DNA from: Carcharhinus longimanus | Lineage: Eukaryota | DNA length: 58,112 bases | Assembly: GCA_030264375.1 (NCBI GenBank) | Contig: JASCQW010000032.1 | Coordinates: 41,312,306-41,370,417 of the forward strand | Reading direction: 5' to 3' | Translations under genes and position numbers: made by a program | Part shown: one piece after another, positions 48,773-58,112 of the stretch | Numbering within the stretch: position 1 is the stretch's first letter | Layout: each line of letters starts with the position of its first letter | Notes under the pieces: model-generated | Database searches by the model: none | What the model saw: the letters and a program-made list of their open reading frames with translations, nothing else | What the model was told of the DNA's origin: nothing

Positions 48773-50919
48773 ATGATCATTACGTTTATCACTGCAGAAA
48801 TTTAAAAAAATGTATTTGGCTTGATACACATGAACTTTTTTTTGTTGACCTGTTCTTTCCTTTACAAAGTGTCCTCTGTCAGTAAGGAAACAGCTTTATT
48901 AATTATATAAAGTTTTACCTAGTTATTTTTGTGTTATTGTTTGCTTCCAGTTGCCATATATGAAACACTGAAATCCTGCTGATATTTCCTCTTATGGAGC
49001 CCAATGTTATTCTGGGACTTGTACAACTCCCTTGTATTTCAAGGGACTAAAGCTAAATTAGTCATAATAAGAATAATTCCTCTTTATAAAACATGAAAAA
49101 ATCCATTGGCTTCCTTAATGTCTGCTTTCTCAATTTGAAGAATTGCTCCTTAGCTTTTATACTATATTAAATCTGGGATTCAACATGTATACTTTTTACA
49201 GCATTATCAATCTTTCCTCTCACTTTTAAAGATGAATGCATCTAAATCAATCATGCTGTGCTCTTCTACTCCATTTAGTTTAACCATTTGGTGTACTTTT
49301 TATCTCCTTTTCTTTCTCCTAAAATGTTTCTTCCTCATTGAATTTCAGGTCTAACTTTCAATTTTGTCAGCCGCACATGGTAATCCATTGTACTAGCCAA
49401 CAATTTTTCCTTTCCATTGAAGTCTGTGGAAAATAAAATCAGAGAGGTCTTTTAATATCTGGTCATTCCAAAACTGCAAGTTTTACTACTACAGAGGTTG
49501 AAGTTTAGCAAGTACATTTCACCCAGCTTTGACCTAGCCAACATACTGACCTACTGCTATTCCTGAATTCATTGAAGTCTTATGCTAACTGCGCTTCCTA
49601 TTTTTATGTAAATGTTGTCATGATGCCCTTCTACTGAAGTCTGGATTCAATACCAACACTTTTCATCCACGTTTATAAGAGAAACCACCAAAGGAAATTT
49701 GTCATGCTTGAATTACTCCCCCCACCCATCCTGCCAATAAAAATGCTGCAGCATCCCACTGGCAGGAGAGTGTATTTTTAGTGTAATCAGTTTACAACCT
49801 CAGTTTCAACTGAAACTTCTTATCACATTTATAATGGAATATAAATAATAAGACAGAATGTATCTTGTGCAATTCTCCTCTGGCTTCTATCCTCACCACC
49901 TGAATAACAACTCCCATGTGCAGTGCCACAGGAAATTTACTGTATAAGAAAGGAGTTAAGCGTGCACAAATGTTGGACATCCTACTGAAAGTTTCCTCAA
50001 AGAAAAGGAGACGGAAACAGCGGTCCATACACTAATCTCTAGAGGAACCACTGTGCATCTCTCTATAGACAGAATAACATCAGCTAACACTAGGCATTTA
50101 GCTAATCTCCAATCCATGGTGCCATATTCCCTATAACACTCTGGAACTTAATTTTATTAACAAATTTCCTATGCTGCACTTTATAAATACAACATTTGAA
50201 AAAAATCTGTACGTTTCACATCTGCTGCTTTTACTTTGTTAATGCACACTTACTTACTCAAAGTGCTCCATTAAGTTGGTCAAATAAGTTGCCCTTTACC
50301 AATACATTTTAGCTGTTATTAACTAATCAGTGTTTTTCTAAGTGAACATAAATTTTGCCCTGAGTAATGTACTCCAGAATGCTACCTAATACCAGCCTTA
50401 AGGTGATTAGTGTGTAATTGTCTGGTTTATTCACTTTATCTCCTTCAGTCTTTCAATTTAACTTCCACATCCAGAGATTTTGAGAGATTGTGGTCAGAGC
50501 AGATGCTATTGCTTCTCTGACTTCCTAGACATTTCAGGATACATTCTCAGAAAATTTCTACTTTGAGTTTCATCCACTTCTTCAATGCAGAAATGTCTTT
50601 GGTGACTACTAATGTCACTTGGAACAACCTAGTTGGGAGGTGGTGAGGTGAATTGGTAAGGGGAAAGAAAGAGGCAATGAGAGGAGAGCTAAGACTTGGG
50701 CTTTTATTATACACATATGCTTTGTACGTACCTCATTAAATGAAAAAATAATGGTCTGTGTATTAGGCAGGAAACAACTATTTTTTCCAGATAAGTTACG
50801 GAATCTCTGTCTTCCTTCCCCAAAGTGCTAGTAAGTAAATCTACTTTGCATAAGAATGTGGAATCCTACGTTTCGTTTTAGCATAGTAGGTTGTTTGATC
50901 CTTCAACTTACTGTGACTA

Positions 50920-51112
50920 TGGAAGAGTTATTCACTTCAACCCCCCCTCCCATGGTGTGTTTTGCAGAGGCAGAGGTGGCCCATCATTGGCCAGTGGCAA
51001 AGTCTCCAAATGTTCACAACCTCTCAATTTCTGATGCTGGGAACCCGTGGCGGGAATTCACTGTCAGCAAGACAGACAATCCCACCAGTGGACAGCTGAA
51101 AAATCTTGCTCC
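50920..51112. mobile_element. Harbinger-type MITE
   Basis: GGAAGAGTTATTC ... GAAAAATCTTGCTCC imperfect TIRs. Confidence 0.45.
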
Positions 51113-51129
51113 ATGCTTTTCTTTTTCGA

Positions 51130-52170
51130 TCATTTATCTACTTGAATTCTGCCTCTACCCCTGTTTCTGATAGGATGTTAGATGCCCTAACGAACATCCT
51201 GCAAAAATAACTATAAAAACAAATCTCTTAATCCCTCTTTGTTATGTTAGTAAATAACTTAAAGTTATGCACACTAATTACTCTTGACTTATTTCCCACT
51301 TCCTCAAGACTGTTGTAATTCCCTTCATTACAAACAGAAATTGGCCTGTTTCATTATAAGGCTAGGTTTTCATTCCTAGTACCTTCTTACCACTTCTACA
51401 TCCGTGACTTTGACATTCCACCCCACCTTATATGCCTTCCCTCCCCCAACAATACAGTTTCCCACAGCGTCATGTAATTGCTGGGCTTGTTCTTCTATCG
51501 TTTTTACTGAACAGGAGTGTAACATTTGCAATCCTCCATTCATGTAGCACTGTGGAAAATTGTGTCAGGAGCCTCTGCAATTCCCCCTCTATTCTACAAT
51601 GCATCCCATCCAAACCAGGTGATCTTTCTACATAAGTAAGAACATAAGAAATAGGAGCAGGAGTACCTTCGAGCCTGCCCTGCCATTCAATAAGATCATG
51701 GCTGATCTGAAGTGGATCAGTTCCACTTTCCCGCTTTCTCCCNNNNNNNNNNNNNNNNNNNNNNNNNNNNNNNNNNNNNNNNNNNNNNNNNNNNNNNNNN
51801 NNNNNNNNNNNNNNNNNNNNNNNNNNNNNNNNNNNNNNNNNNAGAATAGCATCCATTGATACCAACTCTCTGCTTCCTATTAGACAGCCAATCCTCTATC
51901 CACGCTAACACCTTACCCCACTTAAAGGACTGCCAATCTTTTAAATACCACTTTATTTTTATCATATCCAGTGTTGCTACCATGTCCTCTACTGGGGGAT
52001 TGGTAGCATCCTCCTTTCTAGTCAACTCTAATGAAGATGGATGGAAAGGACTCATCTATTACCTCAGCCATGCTCTCTGTCTCCACAAGAACATTTCCTT
52101 TGTGATTCCTAATGACTCCCACCTTTATTTTGACTTGTCCTTTATTTTTATGTTTATAAATCAATCTTGA
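51130..52170 (-). mobile_element. Cluster of CR1 fragments (old copy with nested younger 3' end and gap)
   Basis: Minus ORFs SPGLDGMH..EWRIANVTLLFSK and KVLAWIEDWLSNRKQRVGING. Confidence 0.8.
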
Positions 52171-52232
52171 TTTAGCGTTATTTATTCTGTTCCCATTTGG
52201 AATACTTCAGCTCCATGAATTTTTGACAGTAT

Positions 52233-52802
52233 AAAAGAAAAAGACTGAAATTTATATAATGACTTTCATGACTACAGAATGTCCAGTTACCCTGTACAGC
52301 CAATGAAATACTTATGAACTATAGTGACAAGTGTAATGTTGAAATATGCCAACCAATTTGCAGAAAAAAGCTCCCGGCAAGGTGATAATGACTTTGATTG
52401 AGGGGTAAATAGTGGTCAAGGAATAACTAATAATGCTAAACCAATACAGGTTATTGATTTATAAACATAAAACTAAAGGGCTAGCCAAAATAAAATTAGG
52501 ATTAATAAGGAACCGCAAAGGATTACTCTTGTTGAAGGCAAGAGCATGGCTGAGATAGTAAATTAGTATTTTCAATTTATCTTCACTAGAAAAGATGGCA
52601 CTTTGAAATAGTGCTAAAGAATCTTTCGCATCCACCTGGCAGAATACACGGGACCATTGTTCAATGTCTCATCCTAAAGATGGCATCCCCAGCAGTACAG
52701 CATTCCTGCAGTACTGTACTGGAGTGTTAGTTTTGACTTATGTCCTTAAGTCCTGATGTGAGACTTGAACCCATGACCTTCTGACTCCCAACAGAGCCAC
52801 AG
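52233..52802 (-). mobile_element. DeuSINE (SacSINE1-like) interrupted by ~170 bp CR1-derived insert
   Basis: Reverse complement matches 20903-21352; B-box GGTTCAAGTCTC near 52760-52772. Confidence 0.75.
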
Positions 52803-52895
52803 TTTTATTTGTTTGTTGTTCCAGTGTCTCAAGATTTGTATATCTGAGATGCCTAAGCCCCTGTCTCTCTCCATTTTAAAATGTTTCCACATTGT

Positions 52896-53022
52896 GGCCA
52901 GAATTTTACCATCCTGCCCGCCATGGGAATCGGAGCAGGCGAGGGACGGATCATGGAAAGGTCCCTTCACCTTGGGTGGGATTTTACAGTTTTAGGACGA
53001 GCAAAGTTTTAAAAATTCTGAT
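52896..53022 (+). mobile_element. ~130 bp MITE
   Basis: GGCCAGAATTTTAC ... TAAAAATTCTGA; internal third TIR-like GGTGGGATTTTAC; inverted paralog at 11790-11917. Confidence 0.7.
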
Positions 53023-54004
53023 TCAAATCCATTTTCCTCATAGTTTTTAAGCCTGTCATATAAGATGTGTATTTTCACTGAAATAACATTTGTTTAACTT
53101 TTTAATGTTTATTTTCAAAAGTTTGAGGATAAATTTGAATGAACAATTGCCATATGTAAATGACATGTATATCATCCACAATATAAGTATCAAATTTAGA
53201 AGAATTTTTCAACTGAATAATGTAGCCCTAGTAATAAAGAAATGGTAGGAATATTATCAGTAACGTTATAAAATTTTATTTTTCTTCTAACGATGACTTA
53301 TGGCTGCTATACAGTAGAGTGCCATCTAGTGCAAGTGAGGAAAATTGGTGGGTGCGGGCAGTACAGTTTCTTATGATTTCAGATTAAGACCATATTGATA
53401 AAATACCCTATATTTAGTATTTATTTGAGTATTAATTATATAGTGTTTCTGCAGAAAAGACAAGTTTGAGAGATTTTGGGCTCAGAGTTCCATTTAGCAA
53501 TAAACAGACAAAAATTAGCACCTGGAATCAGAGTTATGTCATTGTTACATGCATGGATGTTAGTGGGCATATCAGAAACCCTTTTTGGCTCGTCCAGTTA
53601 CTGTTAGCTGATTTTCAATTTTCTAGACTCACTCCTGCTGGGGTACACTTTCATTGGTGACAGTCACTCTCACGGATCCTGTCCAAGTGCTTAATTTGCA
53701 TAAGTAATAACTGCCAGAAGGCTGTTCATCTAGGGTGGCATTGCAGTCAAACTGTGGTGCTTTTCTCCTCCTAACGTCTACGTATGCTTATTTTTCAGCA
53801 GGGGTTACTGGTGTTCAATCAGAAGCAGGAACCCTGACTAATCTCCTCCCATCCTTCCTACTTTAATTCAGGAATGCCCAACATCTCTGCCATCTACCCA
53901 GCTGAAACCATAACTCTATACAGACCATGAATAACATCTAGGACAGTTTGCTAAATATGCTAACCTATGCCATGTCCTCTCCAAATTCAGAAATAAACAT
54001 ATCA

Positions 54005-54580
54005 ATTTTATTTTGATTTATTATTGTCACATGTACTAGTATAGTGAAAAGTATTGTTTCTTGCACATTATACAGATGACTCATACTGAATGAGACAAGG
54101 AAAGGACAGGGTGTAGAATGTAGTGTTACAGTCATAGTAGAGAAAGATCAACTTAATATAAGGTAACTCCATTCAAAAGCAGCAGGGAAGATGTCCTTGA
54201 GTCAGTTGTTACATGACCTCAGACTTCTGTATCTTTTTCCCAATGGATGAAAGTGAAAGAGAATGTGTCCGGGGTTCATGGGGTTCTTGATTTCGCTGGT
54301 TGCTTTTCCGAGCACGGAAGTGCAGCCAGAGTCAGTGAGTGGGAGGCTGGTTTGCGTGATGGGATGGGCCTCGTTCACAACCTTTTGTAGTTTCTTGCGG
54401 CCTTGGACAGAGCAGGAACCATACCAAGCTGTGATACAACCAGAACAGATGTTTTCTAAGGTGGATGTGTAAAACCTGGTGAGAGGCGTAGGTGGGCTTT
54501 CTTCGCTATAACGTTGGCATGGAGGGACCAGGACAGGTTGCTGGTAATCTGAACGCCTAGAAACTTCAAGCTCTTGCCCG
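54005..54580 (-). mobile_element. Rex1/Babar LINE 3' fragment
   Basis: Reverse strand encodes ENICSGCITAWYGSCSVQGRKKLQKVVN. Confidence 0.85.
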
Positions 54581-55089
54581 TTTACAAAGGGAACCTGCCT
54601 TTATGTCTCACTTCCGCAACAAACATCAGAGTTGGCAATTGAGTCATTAAGGGAATCGATATGAATTTTATTTCTGCGGTTTTTTTCCTTCATATTAATG
54701 TTTCTTATTTATGAACAGGTGTTACTTTGCTAAAGTACGTTGTGTGCATTATTACAAACATTGAGATAAAGTCAGGCAATGCTGCAAACAAAGCAGCTCC
54801 GTCAGTAAAAAGGGAAACTACAGATTTTCCCCCTTTTTTAAACAAGATTTTTTAGCATTTTTAGTTTTCACATTTTGAGCAATATGTCCTTTTAACTATA
54901 AACAACTCATTGAAAGTTGAATTGTTGCTTACAGGCTGAGCATGAAAACTAAGTTTGAGAAGTGCTTTCTTTATTAAAATCTAAACAAGAATAAACATGG
55001 TTAAAAATATTTGTTTAATGGGGTTTGAGTTTAATTTTTAGAGAACTGTTATGCTGCAGCAAGCTGATTGAATGGTGGTTTCATTACAG

Positions 55090-55296
55090 GACTCCCCAGG
55101 CCAGCCCACACAACAGATTCAGAGCAGTGGTGGTAGAAGGAGGCGAGCAATGAATGAAGACCCAGATGAAAAGAGACGCAAGTTTTTAGAGCGTAACCGA
55201 GCAGCTGCTTCAAGGTGTAGACAGAAGAGAAAAGTATGGGTGCAGTCTCTTGAAAAGAAGGCAGAGGACCTCAGTTCAACAAATGTACAACTACAG
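55090..55296 (+). CDS. ATF2: ATF2 coding exon with bZIP basic region and start of the leucine zipper (207 nt, phase 0/0)
   Basis: cattacag|GAC...CAG|gtaggt; [69 protein letters not shown]; [15 protein letters not shown] and VWVQSLEKK point to ATF2 rather than ATF7 or CREB5. Confidence 0.97.
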
Positions 55297-57193
55297 GTAG
55301 GTTGTAAAGTATGGTTCTATCTATGTAGTTAACAAAGTCATTGTAACATTATGTAATCTATGTCAGAAAAATTTTATTCTACATTTTGCTTCTGGCATAT
55401 TGTTTTGAAAATACTTATTTGTTAATTAGAGTATTAATCCAAGATTTAATACCAGCGTGATTCTAGCTTCAAAACTTGAAAGAAATGTATTGGTTTATTC
55501 TGCCTTTATGTGGAGACTTGTAGACTCCACTTGAACTGATATTAATGGATTTTGAAAATGCATTAACTTCTCTCAGTCCTCCTTAGTATCTTAGCCAGAA
55601 GCAAAGTCGTTAAGCATGCCACCCATTATGTCTTTTACTGAAAATTGAATGTCAAAGAAATAATTAAACTGTACTTTGTATGAACCCATTAATCAATCTT
55701 GAGGTTCTTCTATAATTCCTCAGCTGACATTCAAACACAGATGAGCAGTGTAGTAAGTTACAATGAAGTATCATTGCTTTCTTATTATTTTAAACGGTAA
55801 GCCTAATAGGTGTGGAGGGTTGTCTTCGGACAATATTGCAGTGACGGACTTAATGGTTTTCCTGGCCCTGCTGCTTATGTTTTTATGGTAAGAGCAACAA
55901 CAGACTTTCTATCCTGAGAAAATTCACTGGCTTTTGAATATTATTATCACTATGTTTTAATGGTAACTGCCAGGCTGATATAAGTTTGCAGTTGAAACTT
56001 CTCTTCTGCACAAACTTTACATTTTTATAACTTTAAACAATATTTAATTGTTTTACAAACCAGATCTGCATGTTGCAGTTTACCAACAGTAATGTGGCTC
56101 TTAATTGCTGCGAGTGCAATTTAATCTTTATCATTTTGTATCTGTACCACACCCCGCCCCTCCCACTTTCACGATCCACTTTTTCCTCCAGTGTGTTTTC
56201 CATACCTGAGTTGAAATGCAAATAACTCATTGTTAACCCTTTTCTTGGAACTAAGTTATCCATCATCTCACTTGAAAATAGCTGCTTGCCCTTTCACTCC
56301 TTTTCCGATGGAGCTAAAGTACAAACTGTACAATAGGTTAGTAATTTGCATGCTCCATTCAGTTGAACATACAAATGCGAAGCTTTCACACCACAACCAG
56401 TGTAACTCATTCTCCTTCACTCACCCTGCAGTAGACACAATCATTACTAGAACAGAAAATAAAACCAGTTGCTCGAAGTGCAGTGCCTCAAATCCAACTA
56501 TCCTAAAATTGGAATTGCTCAAAAAACCAGGCAGTTTTCTTTTGCTCTCCAAACAGATTAAGCACAGCAATAAAGAGGCCATTCCCAAGCCAGTCCCAGA
56601 GGATAGAATCAGTGAGAATCCACCTTCTCTTTTCTCCAGATACAAAACTGCCTGTTTCACCAATTGCAGCATTCCTGGCAGAGAATCCGAAATCAGCCGT
56701 TTCTCTCTCCATTATTGCAAGAATCACTCCACTGTGAGGTTAATAGATTTTTTTTCTAAATACCTAATCAAACTTTTAAATCTTCGATGTTTCTGCCCAC
56801 AATGGTTATGAGCATTGAGAACTCTCTGTCCCATGATCTGCAACTTGATATTTTTATGATCAGTGCAGATTGTGTTGCACACAAACCAGTGTGAAGGAGC
56901 TGCTTCAAAAATCCAGAAAATTCCAAAATCCATGCCAGAAAAAATACGACCATGCATTAAAATCTGCAGCGCTTAAAAAATCCTAAATTTATGTTTTGAA
57001 ACTTTAAAAAAAAAACTTCAAACCACCGAGTAAAACTTAGTGAATTTAAAATGAGCAATTATTAGAGGATGTGAGTTACGTTGAAATGTAACTGAGTTGC
57101 AGACAGCTTGTGAATACTTTGTTTCCTATTCCTCTACTAACTACCCCATTCATTTGGTGTCGGTTGTAACATGGTTAAAACGAACGTTAGAAG

Positions 57194-57955
57194 TGGCCTA
57201 AATTTTCCAAGGGATGGCAATCACTGCCACTCTGCTCCTACTTTTCTGTGCCAACGCCGGAGCGCTGCATTTTTTGGCAGGGACATCTGATCCCTGCTCC
57301 TCCAGAAATGCGGAGCATGTTTGAAATCCATAATATCGAATAATCGGGAGAAGACAAACCACAGCCCCTTTTATGACATTAACGGCTGTATTTTGATGAG
57401 TGTTCACTGACACGCTGAAAAACTGGAACACTTAAAAGTTTTTTTGAATTAGTACATGAGAATATGAGTGAATGTGTGGACACTTAAGTGGATAAAGTGG
57501 CAGGGTTTGTGAGGTAAAGGGATAGGGTGGGAGTGGAAGAGCCGTGGGTGGCAGATGGTGAGGAGAGTAGGAGAAGGTGTAGAGTAGCAACTGAGTCAGG
57601 TGGCTGGTGGGCATGATGATAGGTGGGTAGAATGTTGAGGTTGGGTCAGGCAGGTGAGGAATTAATTGGGGGAGCGAGGTGCTGAAGTTCGATTTGCGAG
57701 GTTTGGTGGAGTTGGGGGTTAAGTGGGGGGAAATGGGTTGGAGAATGATGGAGTTGGGGGGTTCAGGGGTCGAGGGGGGAGTCAGAGGAATCAGTGTAAG
57801 GGATTGGGTGTCCGTCATGGTTACATTAGGATTGTTCTGTCTAATATTTCCTGGGTAACTATTCAGGTAAGTAAATCGGAACTGTCCAAAGTCTCAGGGT
57901 GCCAGGGAGCAAGGGAATTACCCACTGGAAGTTCATACTTTCTGGGCAATTCCTA
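57194..57955. mobile_element. Harbinger/MITE-type element with G-rich interior
   Basis: GGCCTAAATTTTCC start, GGGCAATTCC end, purine/G-rich core 57480-57810. Confidence 0.45.
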
Positions 57956-58112
57956 CAGTCAGCACATTGGGGTTCATTATTTAGTTTATACTAAAAGCAT
58001 TGTCACAAAGATGTTTGTGCCACTACAGGATAAATACTATATACTCCTCAGTTCACAATAGCTTATTAAGAAAACTCATGTTTTATTAAGTTTTAAGATA
58101 AATATGAGATTT

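Noticed and set aside
56230-56811. 193-aa Cys-containing ORF
   Set aside because: Non-ATG start and no recognisable domain; treated as a chance ORF
1-58112. Prokaryotic or phage systems (CRISPR arrays, operons, defence islands)
   Set aside because: Vertebrate intron-exon sequence; no regularly spaced repeat-spacer arrays or long intact ORFs

Overview
Eukaryotic, cartilaginous-fish (shark-type) genomic DNA from a draft assembly with nine N-gaps, mostly inside LINEs. The window lies inside the bZIP transcription factor gene ATF2 (+ strand). Six internal coding exons splice in frame with GT-AG sites: 1096-1224, 19617-19792, 21627-21741, 28756-28863, 46890-47048 and 55090-55296. They run from 'MPLDMSPL' to the basic region and first half of the leucine zipper; the N-terminal zinc finger/activation exons and the last exons lie outside the window. 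Introns are packed with decayed repeats: CR1, L2, Rex1/Babar, a second CR1/L2-supergroup LINE, V-SINEs (HE1-like), DeuSINEs (SacSINE1-like), Penelope-derived ends, Harbinger-type MITEs, a hAT-like element and LTR-like inserts. Repeat names and human comparisons come from recall, not from a search, and repeat boundaries are approximate. I found no clearly new biological system. The best leads are a candidate intronic terminal exon with a full poly(A) architecture (~16755-17290), several candidate poison exons, a tRNA-headed internally deleted LINE, Penelope hammerhead-ribozyme remnants, a four-level nested insertion carrying a Harbinger Myb/SANT pseudo-exon, and a local inverted duplication splitting a DeuSINE.
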